Source: Octopus sinensis
Lineage: Eukaryota
Length of the DNA: 64,000 nucleotides
Assembly (NCBI RefSeq): GCF_006345805.1
Contig: NC_043022.1
Location: 10,912,001 to 10,976,000, forward strand
Direction of reading: 5' to 3'
Shown: positions 37,681 through 51,284 of the stretch, in pieces
Layout: the number at the start of each line of letters is the position of its first letter
Numbering within the stretch: position 1 is the first letter of the stretch
The notes under the pieces: generated by a model
Databases searched by the model: none
What the model was told of the DNA's origin: nothing
The model's input: only the letters and a program-made list of their open reading frames with translations
Translations under genes and position numbers: made by a program

Positions 37681-40600
37681 CTGTGAGGAAGAAAAAATAT
37701 GAGGTTTTCACATCATTATTGTTGTCATCAACTGGTAAATAATTACAGAATAAGATGGTAATTATCTACATAAATAATTCTATCTTTGATTAACTATAAC
37801 TGGACAAATATTATTATTTGTAGGCACAGTTGTATCAAAGCTTCACTCTTGTGTGGTGAAGAATATATGAAGATCATGATAATTATGATTGCTATTGACA
37901 GATTGTTATTTAACTCTCAGCCATCAATGATCTAACTTACTTGTAACCAAAGGCATTCCAACCATAACCCTCCTATCTTTCATTCCATTACTACATCTAA
38001 AAAAAGCCTCATTATCCAAAGACTAGGGGCTTTTTTTTCAAAGACAAAACAGATTTGACAGCTATTTCTAGCAGGTTGAGCAACCTTGTAAAAGCTCTCT
38101 TATTAGCTTGTTGATACTGCTACTGCTGCTGCTAATGTTAATAATGATGACAATGATGATGATGATAACAACAACAACAACAACAAAACATAGGCACAAG
38201 GCCACGATTGTATTTTAAGGTGGTGGGAAGGAAAGTTAAGTAAATCAACACCAGTTCTCGGACTGGTACATATTTGATTGCAATCAGGAAAATGAAAAGC
38301 AGGGGGCAACTAAATATGACAAGGCATTTAGGCTACTCCTGTACCAACTTTGTCAATGCACAACCCTAACAACAACAACAATAATAATTTCTTCCTTAAA
38401 CAGGGAGGCTACAAATTTGTCAGGGAGGAGAAAGAAACTTGTCAACTGGGAATAAATCTTTAATTTTCACAAGGATGATGGATGAGAGGAGGAAATGACA
38501 GATTACCAAAAGGGTAGAGACTTATATAAAAAAAAAAAAATCAAGTATGGAAAACAAAAGTATATAAAAGGCATGAAATAAGACTCTCAACAAGGAGAGA
38601 GTCATTGAATTTCTGTCAAGGAACTTTATTGATTCAGGGTTACTGTGACTGTAAAGAGCAAGTGGCATCTCTCAGTTGTTTTTCAGCTTACAGGTGCATG
38701 TCAAGTGTAGGCCATTCTGGTCACCTACTTGCACCTACCTTTCAGCAAATTCACTGGAGAATAGCATCTTCTCCATCATAACTTGCCTCTCTAAGTGGAA
38801 CTGGAAGTTGCCAATAATAATAATGTTTCTAACATAGGCACAAGGCTTGAAATTCCAGAGGAGGTGATTAATTTATCTGTTATCTCGTTTCTGTCATTAG
38901 ACTGAGGTCATGCTGGGGAATTGCCTTGAGGAATTTTAGTTGAACACATTGTCTCCAGTACTTATTTATTTTGGAAGCCTGATACTTCTTCGATTGGACT
39001 ATCTGGCTGAACTGCTAAGTCACAGGAGTGCAAACACACCAGCACTTATTGTCAAGTGGTGGTGGGGGACAACAAGCTTCTTTCAGTTTCTACTTACCAA
39101 ATCCACTCAAAAGGCTACACAGTGGGACTGAAACTGAAATCATGCAGTTGGGAAGCAAACTTCTTGCCACACATCCAATGCATGAGATTGTTTATTCTGA
39201 GAACGAAATTATCCACTGTGTCCCCTTTTGGTGTTGGTGATGGTGGTTGTGATGGTGACCTTGATGATGACAATGATGATGATGGTATTGCTGATAGTGT
39301 CATTGTTGATACTGATGCTGCTTCAGCTTGTCACTGATGATTTCTTCCCTCAACACAATAATATTTTGGTAAGGTGGCAGTAAATTTGATGTATTCAATT
39401 TTTCTGTATTGAAATACCGATAGTCTAATGTTCAACTCTCCGTCTGTCATAACTAATAATCTTGCAAAACTACATAACTATATATCTGAAAATTTATGTA
39501 ACTCATCCCACAATCACCAAACTACTAAAGGTTATTAGAAATGAGCAGGCATTCAATGAAATTCTAATTGAGCAGGCTACTATAGGCACTGAAATATCAT
39601 GACCTAACAAAAAATATGATAGGGTAAAAACCATTTGTGGTTCTTATAATACAGAAGGATAGGCGTTTCTATGATCTTTGGCTCACAATTTTTAAATACT
39701 CTTATTTATTTTGGTCTTGTACATTTAAATATGTCAATTTTAATGATTTTAAAATAAACATCTGATCACATTATTTTTGTATGTTTACATTGTAAATCCA
39801 GTGAAGAAACCTATTTAAAAAGAGGTTTTATGTATCTATTTTTTCCCTTACATTTTAGTCTGTCAAATGGTCATATTGTAGGAATAAAATGATTATCGTG
39901 TATTTTAATTTTCACGTGTCTTTTTGGCCTCTTGTTCATTTGGCTTTTTTTCCTTCAGCAAAAATGCATTCAGCATCCCATCTGTGTACCAATAAATTAG
40001 CATCACAACAGAGTAATCTGAATGCTTATGTCCAAAACAAAACACTCCCAACCATCAAGTTTGGTTCTCTATTTTCAGTTATTTAAACAACAGATAACAC
40101 ACATTATATATTAGTTGGAATGATGTCCTTATCTTGGTTGATGAGGGCATCACTCTGGCTGTTACATGATATGAGATTCCTCATCTTAGAAAATACCAAA
40201 TTGTAGATAACATACAGTTTTCTTTATTGACTAGAGACATAAATCCTGTGTTTTTTTTAATTGAAATCAAGAAGAGAAAAATGCAAGACCATGACAATCA
40301 TGCCTTTTTCCAAAAATATCTGTTGACAAAGGTGTAGTGAAATTCCTACAACTAACAATTAAAGGTAGATTATAGATGTGATTTGCACTATAGTACTTGC
40401 CACTCAAAGGAATCGCAAATCATAAAATCCTGATGTTTTACTGAAGTCCTGGATTAATTTCAGTCGAGGTGGTTAAGTATGTGGTCAATAATTGATGGCA
40501 ACATATAATGAGTAAAATGAAGTACAATGGCCAATCTCAAAGGAATTTTAAACTCAGAATCTTGTGTGAAATGACAAAATACTGCAGGAAATCTACCATT

Positions 40601-43129
40601 TCTGTCAATGCCTTGTCCTGCTATTGTCCTTTGATAGTGATTTTGCTTTTGTAACAGAGAAATATTTTGTCTAAAGAGTATTGAAAGTATTTTACAGGCA
40701 GTTACCTTATATGCTTCAGAAAAATGAAAAATAAAATTGGTCCTGATGAGATTTGAACTAAGACGGCTGTAAAACATTTATCAATTTGCCATTAGCCAGC
40801 CAATTCATACCATATGAGAAAAAGCAGTCATGTTTTTTTTTTTACAATGTTTCTTACATATTTACATATTTTTTGATGTGTTGAAATATCAATTAGCAAC
40901 CGTCATTTCCTCAATGAACAGGAAAGGAATTCCAAGTGCTTATGTTAAGATGTACATTAAACTTTATTACACATGTGGAATAAATGAAGAACGGGGAGCA
41001 GAAACAGATTTCTAATGTATAACTTTCTTATATAACTTTAAAACTTCTTTCTTAATGATGATTACAATAGCATCAATAACAACAATAATAATGTTTTCTA
41101 ATTTAGGCATAAGGCCAGTAGTTTTGAAGGGAGGGAGTTTTGTGGATACCACTGACCCCAGTATTCGACTGGTACTTTATTTTATTGATCCTGGAATGAT
41201 GAAAGCCCAAGTTGACCATGGTGGGAATTGAGCTCAGAATGTTAAGAGCCTGAACAAATACTACGAAACATTTTGTCTAACTTCTTAACATTTCTGCCAA
41301 TTTACTAAATACAATAACTATTTATAATGCAGGCACAAGGCTACAAATTTGTAGGGTGGGATAGTTGATCCCTAGTACCTGACTGGTCCTTTATTTTCAC
41401 CCCCCCCCATACTGTAAAGTGTCAGAAAAAAAATTATCTCAAGGTATTTTGTTTGTAGCTTTAACAATTCTACCCTAATTGTAAAAATGATTTCTAATTT
41501 TAGTGAAAGGTCAGATTTGGGGACAAGAGTTTATTCTGGTATTTCACTTGTATTTATTTCATCAAACTCTGGAAGGATGAGAGGCAAACCACTCTTACTC
41601 TTAAAAGAAATTCTAACATTGGTATAAGGCTACAGCAATTTGGATGTGGGAGGAGAGTGTAATCTATAAAATGTAACTTAGTTGTTAACTGGTACTTTAT
41701 ATCATATAAAAATGGGAGGATGCAAATTAGCTTCCAGTGGGATTTGAACTCAAAATGTAAAGAATTGTAACTAAATACTGTAAAATGTTTGGTCTGTTGT
41801 TCTAACAATTCTACTAATGCACCACCCATTTCACTCTCTGGTACAGAATCCACCTACCTGCAACCACCTTCACTGTATCTTGTAGTCAATGTACAGATGA
41901 CTATATTAGACTGCATATGTCCACTTCACTTCATATTCATCATCTCCTCTTGTAATGCATCTCGTCACTCTATTTCATTTTGTTTGCCAGCATACCATTA
42001 CTACTTTTCTACCACACATTCTGGGATTCTATCATAACTCTGTCTCCTGGGTCACATAGATTCTGTCATCTCCTTGCCAGCTCAGTCATGCAGCCTTCAG
42101 TCTATGTACATCTTTGAATATGGTGCATTCATTCAATCACCCCCTCTCCCATCAGTCATTCATGCTTCCATAACTCATGCTTCTCACATAGTAAAGAAAC
42201 TGGTGAACAAGCAGTGATGTGGGGTTGTGAAATTCTTTTAGTTGTGCCAAAGATCTAGCTACCTCTCTACTACTGGTGTCACAAAAATTTCACCCAGTAC
42301 TCCAATACATTCTGCAAAAAGTGATTTTGTAAGGACTCTTTAGTACCCCTGAATATATGCTGATGACTGCTCAACTCCTACTAGCCTGGAATGTGGATGT
42401 AAAACAATGATAATGATGTTGACTTTATATATATGTATATATATACATATAATTCTTAAACAAGAATATTATTGACAGTGACTAAGAATAATAAATTTGT
42501 ACTTTACAAAAGTATAAAATAATCCATCAGATTAATGCAAAATTGTTTTTATTATAACTAACATAATCACACACACACACTTAAATGCTTCGTTTAATTT
42601 AATTTTAATTTGCCAAGGTTCAACCTTTCATACACACAGACAACCAGAAGGATCTGGTGAGGATTACGTCTTCCCTAAACATTTTATGTGGAACAGTATA
42701 ATCAAATCACTTGAGCTCTGATAATTTCAACATGAAGCTAAATATATTTTTCTAATGTATGGCACTGAGAATTGGATGTACAGTACTGTAATTACACCAT
42801 TAATATAAAAGAAAAAAAAAAATGGCTAGCTTAATTAGATTCTTTAGGCTTGCATTGTTTAATCTTTGCTTAGTTTTTCTTTGTGTTGGAAAGATGGCAA
42901 AAGCTTGTAAAGGAATGCCAGACATAATAATATGCTATTTTCAATTAATACATAGTATATTTTACTATAATCTAATTGTCAGAAAGTTACTTAACAAGTC
43001 GCTCCCTTAGTCAACAACTGTGACATCCTGTTCAGTGGTTTGGCTATGTACAATGCAAGTTGAAACACATGAATCAGACATTATGTTATATTAAGAGATT
43101 AAACAAAATACAGAAATGAGTATTTCTAC

Positions 43130-43258
43130 CTTGGAAGAAACTTCAACTGTGCTAGGAACTGAGATTTTGCTTGAATGATACCCATTTTCGGGAGAATTTC
43201 AAGATGGTTACGTATTCTTCGATCAACATCAAACTTGATTTTGAAAGCTGAAGGTTGC
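43130..43258 (-). CDS. CFAP74: CFAP74 coding exon 2 (QPSAFKIKFDVDRRIRNHLEILPKMGIIQAKSQFLAQLKFLP)
   Basis: tttcag| acceptor, |gtagaa donor. 129 nt, phase 2 to 2. Resembles recalled LKFEVCKELRAHLELLPKTGYIQAQSSYSVQLKFLPR. Correct frame is absent from the ORF track. Confidence 0.9.
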
Positions 43259-43609
43259 CTGAAATTTCAGAATGGTGTAAGTAATGTATGAAAAAGTAAA
43301 GCATAATAATTTTATGTATGTATGTATGTGTGTATGTGTGTATGTGTGTGTGTGTGTGTGTGTGTGTATAAAAAGATATATATATATATATACACTTACA
43401 TTTACACACACAAACAGATTTCACCAGCCACTCTATTTCCCCCACTCCTCTTTGCATTCATGTTAAGTCCCTACTCCCTACTCATGCACCCTTGGCAATA
43501 CTCTACCATCACATATTCTGATCCTGTACCCTGAGGGTATGCTCTGGCACTTCGCCACCATCTTTCTCTCTAACCCTTTTCTCGTTCAAAAAATGGATTC
43601 TCTATAAAA

Positions 43610-43917
43610 ATGTCAAGCACCAAAGACAGCAGGTAGGGAAAGGAGAAACATTGGTACCCCAGGCAAGAGAAGGTTTTCACCCATGTAAGCTGTTGTTATC
43701 TGTTTGGTGGGATATGAAAGGTTTAGTCCACCTTAAACTTTTAAACCCAAACCAAATGATAACAAAGGAGATCTACTGCGAGCAGCTTGAGTGACTTTAG
43801 TGAGTACTAGAAGAAAAATGAAGGAGAGTATATTTTAGATTTAAAAAGAACTTTGTTTATCTTAATTTTGAAAAATAAAAGAAGTATAAAAAATAACCGC
43901 ATTTTTAATGGGATGAC

Positions 43918-43921
<4 letters not shown>
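43610..43921 (+). mobile_element. Fragment of the same mariner family, ending in a TIR at (TA)n
   Basis: LLSVWWDMKGLVH..LLNPNQMI..YCEQL, then a terminal sequence matching the reverse complement of 6522-6620. Confidence 0.8.
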
Positions 43922-43961
<40 letters not shown>

Positions 43962-45222
43962 CAAATACACGCACAGATATATTTATGTACACACACATAC
44001 TGAGATGGGAGAGAGAGACAAAGAGAGAAAAAGTGTATGATAGAAAAACAGCCATAGATAAATGTAAAAACAGATGGCCCAGAGTGGTGAAATTATATTG
44101 AAATGGCTTCAAAGATGATCAAAATTACTTTGAAATCCTATCTCTGAATATTCACTTATGCAATATTATGAAAGAGTATTTAATTAATGTTTTTGGATGA
44201 AGAAATATTAGAAACACATGGAGCCAATATTATGAGAATCTATCATTAAAATGGAATTTTTGTAAGTGTGCACATATGTGCATATATGTGTATACATATA
44301 TGTATATATTTCATCATCATCATTATCACCATTTAATATCTGTTTTCCACATTGGCATGGGTTGGGAAGTCCAAAAGGACCTGACAAGCTGGTGCCATAT
44401 CATGCTCCAATGTTTGCTTTGGTATGGATTTTATGATTAGATACCATTCCTAACACCAAACCCTTTACAGAGTGTACTTAGTGCTTTTTTACAGCACCCA
44501 CACTAGTGAGGTCACCTTGCAACATGCAAGGCTAAGGGCCGCAAAGGACCCTTATAACTGAAGGAAAATAAAAGAGAGGTTATGATGGTTCTAGATAAGA
44601 TGATGAGAGGTGATGAGAAGAAAAAATTTATAACTGTGACACGGTGATAGTGAAAAATATTAAAATAGATACTATTAGGAAAAGGAGCATGGAAGGAACA
44701 GAAGAAACGGAATGGGTTAGTATCAGGGTTACTGAAAAAGGGAGTGACAGAAAGGTAAGGGTGATAAATAGGGGTTGTGTATGCTTGTGGGGGAGGGGCC
44801 AGAGCTATCCCACATCATAAGGGTGAATATAGAGGGAAGAAGTGAGAGAAATGAACACAGAAGAAAGAAATATTTGAGGATGGTGAAGATCTAGAGAGGG
44901 TCACTGAAGGAATGGAAAGTGTAGGTGAGCAAGGATTAGGCCATGGGAGTGGGCAGGTGGAAATAAGAGGATGTTGAGGAGGGACTGTAAGGGAGAAGTC
45001 AGTGAATAAATGCAGTGAGATCAGTGAAAGAAAGAAAAGCTGGGGAGCATCCTAGAGGTGGAGACAGTAGATGGTGAATACAGTTTTAGTAGTGAGATAA
45101 GGTGGTGGATGGAGGGAGGAGGACATCACAGAGGCTGGGGAGAGCAGAAAACAAAAGCAGTGAAAACATCCTGAAGCAGATGCAGAGGAGGATATTGAAA
45201 GAGGGGCAGAGGGGAATATGAA

Positions 45223-45250
<28 letters not shown>

Positions 45251-45257
<7 letters not shown>

Positions 45258-45408
45258 AGTGAATTGAAGAAATGGAGTTAACGAAGATTGAACAGAAATC
45301 GTTTTATTGCATTCTACACGTGTTTCGAAAGGCACAATTTACCAGATTCCGATTGACGGTTAAACTTTTGATTAATCTGCAACAAGATTATTCATCTTTC
45401 TATTTCAC
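45251..45408 (+). repeat. (TA)n-embedded non-autonomous repeat family, copy 1
   Basis: tattagtgaattgaagaaatggagttaacgaagattgaacagaaatcg... recurs at 58011 and 62925-63230. Flanked by (TA)n on both sides. Confidence 0.75.
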
Positions 45409-45417
45409 AAAATATAT

Positions 45418-45451
<34 letters not shown>

Positions 45452-45598
45452 ATATAATAATAATAATAATGAAATTATTGTATACAGTGCTCAGGTGCAC
45501 CACAACTTGTCAGAGTATATGCAGTAATGTACAAATGTCTGGAAAGCGAACAATGCATGAGTCAGATACATGCTTGTGTGTGGATGGAGGGGAGAAAA

Positions 45599-48330
45599 TC
45601 AGGTGTAGTGTTGCCGAATCTCAGAAAGCATGGAAGTTTTGAAGGATGCAGTGCTCCGATAACTAACAACTGATGCCGGCAGTTTGTTCCATGCTTCAGC
45701 AACTCTCAGCGTGAAAAAATGTTTCCTGAAGTCATGGGAGCTGTGCTGGGGTGTTAGATGGGTGGAGTTTGAAAAGGTGCTCAGAGTTATTGTTTGTACG
45801 ATGGTTGATAATTTTATGGGTTTTTCAGCTGCCAGACGTCGGAGTTTCAATGTGTCCATGCCCAGGGAAGTAAGGCGTTCAGGATATGGCAAATGCCTGA
45901 TGGAGGGTATTCTTTTGGTTGCACGTCGCTGAACAGCTTCCAGACGATTGATATCCTGGGCAAGATAGGGTTTCCAGACCGGTGATGCAAATTCCAGGTG
46001 AGGTCTTACCATAGCTATATAAAGCCGCAGATAGATAGCTGGAGAGCGGCTCACAAAGGATTTGGTGAGTGATGCCAAGACACCCTCAGCCTTCTTGACA
46101 ATTTTAGTGATGTGTTTTGTCCAACGCAAATCACTGTCGACAATAACACCCAGGTCACGTTCACATGAAGACTTTTTGAGATTAGTGTTGTGGAGGGAGT
46201 AGGTGGACGCTGGGTTTCTCCTCCCAAAATACATGGTGGTACATTTGTCCACAGCCAGCTTGAGTTGCGAGTCCATGATCCACTGCTGCATTGTGTCCAG
46301 GTCTGCTTGCAATAGTGTACAGGATTTGACCTCTTTATTACGAGGTACAGCTTGATGTCATCTGCATATTTCAGTACTGTGGAATTCTTTAAGTTGGCAT
46401 TTATGTCATTAACATATGCAACAAATAAAAGGGGGCCAAGAACAGATCCCTGTGGTACACCAGATGTCATCTCATAGGGCGAAGAGTGCTGTCCTAGAAC
46501 TGTGACAACCTCTTTTCGGCCGAAAATAAAAGACTTCAACCAGTTATAGAGTTCGTCTCTTACACCCAACACAGAAAGCTTCACCATAAGTCTTTTGTGT
46601 GGCACAGAGTTAACGGCCTTAGCAAAGTCCAGGTAGACAACATCCACCCAGATTCTGCGATCAGTGATTTGGGTAATGTCCTCAAGAAACTCGATGAGTT
46701 GATTACAGCAGCTGGAGTTAGGAATAAATCCGAATTGTGACGGCTGGATGAGGCTGTGAGACTTCCAGAAGTTCCAGAGGGTTTCTCTGATACAGGATTC
46801 CATCAGTTTGGCGATGCAGCTAGTAAGACTAACGTGGCGATAGTTGACAGGTGATGTGCGGTTGCCTTTTTTGAACAGAGGGATGACACTGGCAGTTTTC
46901 CACTGTTCTGGAGTAACACCATTGTTAAGACAGAATTGGAAGAATAGAGAAAGTTGGCTTAGAAGAAAGTACCCACCTCGTTTGTGAAGTAGGTATGTAA
47001 CACCATCGAGACCAGGAGAGGCATAGTTGCATTTATTCTTAAGGTGGCGTTGTAGCATTGCTGGTGTAAATTGCATAGTAGATATGGAGTCCGATGTCAG
47101 TGGTGATGAAGATGGAACATTTTGGTCTTCGACAGTAAAGATGCCGGCATAGCATCCAGCAATGATTTCTGCACATTCTTCGGGATTGCCAGTAATCTGT
47201 CCTGTGTGGGGATTGCGAAGGGGACCAACTGGAGAGTGGGGTCTCTGCTTTGAGTGCACATACTTCCAGAACACTTTGCTGTCAGGGTTAGCTGCAATGC
47301 GTTGTTCAAATTCAAGCACTGCCTTTTTTGTCACCTGCTTGAGGTGATTGGCTGACCTATTGCGCTTTTTCCTGTTGCTCTCTGATTTGTATTCCTGTTC
47401 AGCATTATGGCGTTCTTTTCTGGCAAGTCAGACTGCTGCAGTCTCCCAAATTGCACTATTAGGTGGTTTTTTGTGCTTGCGTGGTACTGATGCTTCACAT
47501 GCTGCCCATATTAAATTCAGAATGTTCTGGAGTATAGTGTCCACATCTCCAGAGGCATAAAATTCGAGCCAGTTTGGGCGTTGCAGCTCAGTACAATAAG
47601 AGCTCCAGTTTGCTTTATTCCAGTCAAAGTGGGCAGTCTGAAGATGGTTGTGTTTTTTGTTACAACCAATCAGAGACAAGTCGGCCATGATCATGGAATG
47701 ACAAGAGTCACCTAAAGGTTCTTCGGTAGTGACACTAATGATTGTTTCAGGAGAAGCGGTAAGTAGCAGATCCAAAGTGTTGTTACCCCTTGTGGGGGAG
47801 GTAACAACTTGGGACCAATTTGAATTCAGCACCAGTTCAAGGAAATTGTCTGCACTTTGCGGCCAACGGAAGGCCTCCCAGTCAATCTCAGGGAAATTGA
47901 AGTCACCTGCAATATACACATACGTGGCTGTTTTCATGGCAGCAGCTCTGAGGATATCAAAAAGCTGTGCGTCTTGACGATAATTTTGGGGGCGGTAAAC
48001 AACTCCGAGCAGAAGTGTTGATATGGTCATGTGTATATTGCAGAAAAATACTTCCTGCTGAGATTGGTTCAAATAATCACAGGGGATTGCTGATAGATTT
48101 GATCGAACATAAATCATCACCCCCCCTCCACGGCGATTAATGCGGTCTTTGCGGAACAGGTTGTAGCCGGCTATGCTGAAAACTCCATCACAGAGTGCAG
48201 AGTGTGCCCATGTTTCCATGACTGTGATGAAATCTGGGTTGATACTTTTGACGTAGGAGTCAAAAAGATGCACCTTGTTGCATAAACTACGGGCATTCAC
48301 GGACAGCAGTTTATATCTGGATTTCAGATG
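45599..48330 (-). pseudogene. CR1 ORF2 (APE endonuclease + reverse transcriptase), interrupted
   Basis: In-frame TGA at 47430-47428. A 10-nt deletion near 46312 (relative to the 26-28 kb copy) shifts the frame just after YADD. Confidence 0.9.
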
Positions 48331-48362
48331 ATGATATACAGGGGATGGCTGATTGTTCTTGG

Positions 48363-49666
48363 TTAGTTTCCCAAGATTTTTGTATTGCCAGTTGTTGTTG
48401 TGGGTGTAGTCTGCTCAGTCCAACTAGCATCCCTTATCCACGATTCACCAGACTTGACAAATTTCCAGATTTGCCCATCATTGCGGAGGCTTAAACTCTC
48501 CTGTGGCACAGAGTTGCGATTTAGGGAAGCTATAGATCTTAGCTTTGGGCGTACATCGGGTGGTAGGCCAGGACGTGTTCTAAAGTTGATTATGTCGTCA
48601 CGTTGAGGTCTATCAGCAACCAGATGGAATGTCCGCGCCTCAGTAAAGCCCGTAAACAACAGCCTGATCAGCCTGGGTTTGGATCCCGGTCGGCCAAGGC
48701 GGGAAGCACTTTTTGGAGGGACACAGCTGAGATCCCAAGCTGTGTTTCCAATGAATGCCTGCAGATCTACCACATCTTCCGGCACTCCGATGGCTTTTAA
48801 TTCATGAGTGGCTGGTTCAGCAACTCCCTCGATGCGTTGAGGTTCTGTACGAACTACAGGTAAATTGCTGAGCAAGGCACTCTGATATGACCCTTCACTG
48901 TGAGTTTTCGGACAGACACTGGTTGAGTCCTGCTACTTCACGACTCAAAGCAGAAATCATTCGTCTAATTTCTGCAACTTCTGTGCTGATGGTTGATTTC
49001 TGCTTTAGTTGAGAAGCATCAGGAGAGGAGGGCATGGTTCCTTTTGTTCCTGCTGATGTACTTCAGCTGGAATGATCAATTTTTGTTGTCGAAGAGCAAT
49101 AGGGGAGGAAGACTCAGGGGGCTTAAGTTTCATTTTTTTGTTCATGTTCTTCAACATGAATGGCCGATTTTTGTTGCTGCTGTTGATGAGTGACAGGGGA
49201 GGAAGACACTAGCGGCTTCAGTTTTTGCTGTTGTTCTTTATCAACAGGACTGGTTTTGGGAGACAAAGTAGTTGGTTTTTGCTGTTCAGCAGCAATGGCA
49301 GCGGAAGACCTGGTTGTCAGGTTTTGTTGTTGCTGTTCAGCAGCAAAGGTGGCAGGGGACACACAAGTCAGGCACTGAAACGACCAGTTTGGTAGCTGGA
49401 CCATTTCCCAGAGTTTATCCCTCATAGAAGTATGGTGTCCTTTCTTTTGACCCGGGATCTTCCGAAAGTTTGTGGCACATTGAAAGCAGATCGAAACATG
49501 ACATTTACTGCATTCAACCCATCTACTTCGAAAGGAATTTTCGAGTTTTGTGCATAGATGACAGATGTGATTTGCCGGGCAACGTTCTATTTTAGGACAG
49601 CGACCAGTTTTGTCGCACGGCTCATCCACGGATGATACCGTGGCAGTTTTGTTCTGTCTGCCCATC
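48363..49666 (-). pseudogene. CR1 ORF1, frameshifted: PHD-like Cys cluster, Q-rich linker, coiled coil, RRM-like RLGRPGSKPRLIRLLF
   Basis: ORF-track pieces 49123-49722 and 48363-48875 join through frameshifts in the intervening DNA. Probable start is MGRQNK near 49666. Confidence 0.75.
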
Positions 49667-50039
49667 CGTACCGTAGTGCAAGGGAAAGAAAGAAAGAAAA
49701 AAAAAATGAAGATATAGCACACTTGTTAGGGAGATAAATAAGATGTTATTATTTGTTGTTGTTATTGTTGTTAACTGTTTTCACTTTCCCCATTGTATGT
49801 GTGTATACAAGATGCAATTATATGTGTAATCAAGAGATGTAAGGAGTCAATGGTTGGTGTGTTTATAATGGACGCACTTGTTAGGGAGATAAATAAATAA
49901 TATCTTATTTTTCGTTGTTAACTGTTCCCGCTTCCCTCATTGTATGTGTGTGTATAAAACGATACAATTATATGTACAATCAAAAGATGTAAGGATATAA
50001 TGGTTGGAGAAGAAGAAAGTATGATTTAGAATCGCTTTG

Positions 50040-50240
50040 TGTATATATTTGTGTGCGGTGCGTGCTGATAAATAAAACTGTGTGTATGGTTTTTCTAGAA
50101 CTCAGCATGTACTCACAGATATCATTACGAAGTAGATTGGCGTGTTTTCGATGGTGGTTGCTACACATGGTAACACAGATTCGCGGCAAGGAGACATAGT
50201 TATTTTCATTTTGTAGAGTCATTAAAGGTACTGTTCCAAT
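50040..50240. promoter_or_regulatory. Small CpG-retaining patch with CCAAT box and RFX half-sites (possible LINE 5' UTR promoter or intronic element)
   Basis: gtgcggtgcg, agATTGGcg (~50136), GTTGCTA and CATGGTAAC (50157-50174), ttcgcggc. Confidence 0.3.
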
Positions 50241-51284
50241 ATCCAAGGAATGTATATATAAATATATATATACAGATGCTTATCTAGTTTTTCCAAAGAG
50301 ATGGGTATTTCCAAGGCAGTGGAAGATTTCAAACTTCTCTTCAAGTTAAAGTGATACCATGTGCTGTATACGTGTATATATTTTCTGTTCTTCCCTTCTA
50401 TATATTTCAGATGGTTTTTCTTTTTCTTTAAATATGTCTTGTTATGCTTTCATTCAAAAGTTATTCAGATGATGATTTTATTTTATTTTATTCTTTTGTT
50501 CCGATCGAAAATCGCAATTAATCTTGAAATTTCATAAAATCCATTATTTGCACTGTTTATAATTACTACATTCGCAAAAGATTCTTCCTGCTTAATATAT
50601 TTCACTTTATATTTCCTCAAGTCAATACTTAGTCATTCAGGAAGACATATGAACTTACACACACACATGCTCATCATCAGCATCATCATTTTATACCCAC
50701 TTTCCATGCTGACATGGGATGCATGGTTCGACATGATCCATAGAGTGTTGTGCACCAATGTCTTAATTTGGCATGGTTTCTACACTATCAAATGCTTTTT
50801 GTAGGTTGACAAATGCTAGATACAACAACTTACACCAAGCTAAATACTTCTATAGTTGTCTTGCAAGGAAAATGTCATTTCTTGCACTTTTTCCTGGTAC
50901 AAAACTGGACTATCTCAACTAGGTTAACCATTTCTGTAGTTTTCATGATCTGGTTCAGTAACTTGATACCTATGTAATTATTTCTCTTTTTTTCCTTGTA
51001 ATACTTGACTATGATGCCACTACATCAGTCACAGTGTATGACATCTTCCTGTACAACATAACTGACTATACAAATGATGAGGTCATATCCTATTTAGTCA
51101 AATATTTAAGCCTCTCAGCAGTAATTCCAGATGGCCTTGATGTCCTTCATATCATGTGTTCTAAATAGAGATTTTAAAACTTGCTATAACACTACATATT
51201 AAAGTTACTATTATGAATGTGATATAAACAAATATGAAACTCCAGGGATTTGAAATCAGAACATAAAGGGACATTGTGGAAGCA

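Larger units (their letters stand above)
45455..49670 (-). mobile_element. Near full-length CR1-type LINE (ORF1 Zn-finger/coiled-coil/RRM-like; ORF2 APE + RT; (ATT)n tail)
   Basis: ORF2 has APE motifs (NARSL, ETW, GGGV, VYRP, GDFN, TRGNNTLDL) and RT motifs (LDFAKA, GVPQGSVLGP, YADD). The 3' end reads gtggtgcacctgagcactgtatacaataatttc(att)n. The 5' UTR may extend to ~50250. Confidence 0.92.

Noticed and set aside
40460-40777. 105-aa minus-strand ORF
   Set aside because: Overlaps decayed SINE-like sequence, has no CFAP74 similarity, and no exon is missing at this position.
42360-42400. CTGATGA hammerhead-core match
   Set aside because: No downstream GAAA or supporting stems.
44560-45160. Strongly purine-rich stretch considered for coding or triplex function
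   Set aside because: No sustained ORF or long mirror symmetry; resembles decayed low-complexity repeat, with a pyrimidine-rich counterpart at ~9050-9230.
49717-50010. Tandem 155-bp duplication tested as a retrozyme dimer
   Set aside because: I found no CUGANGA...GAAA core on either strand; kept only as a possible 5' UTR monomer pair.
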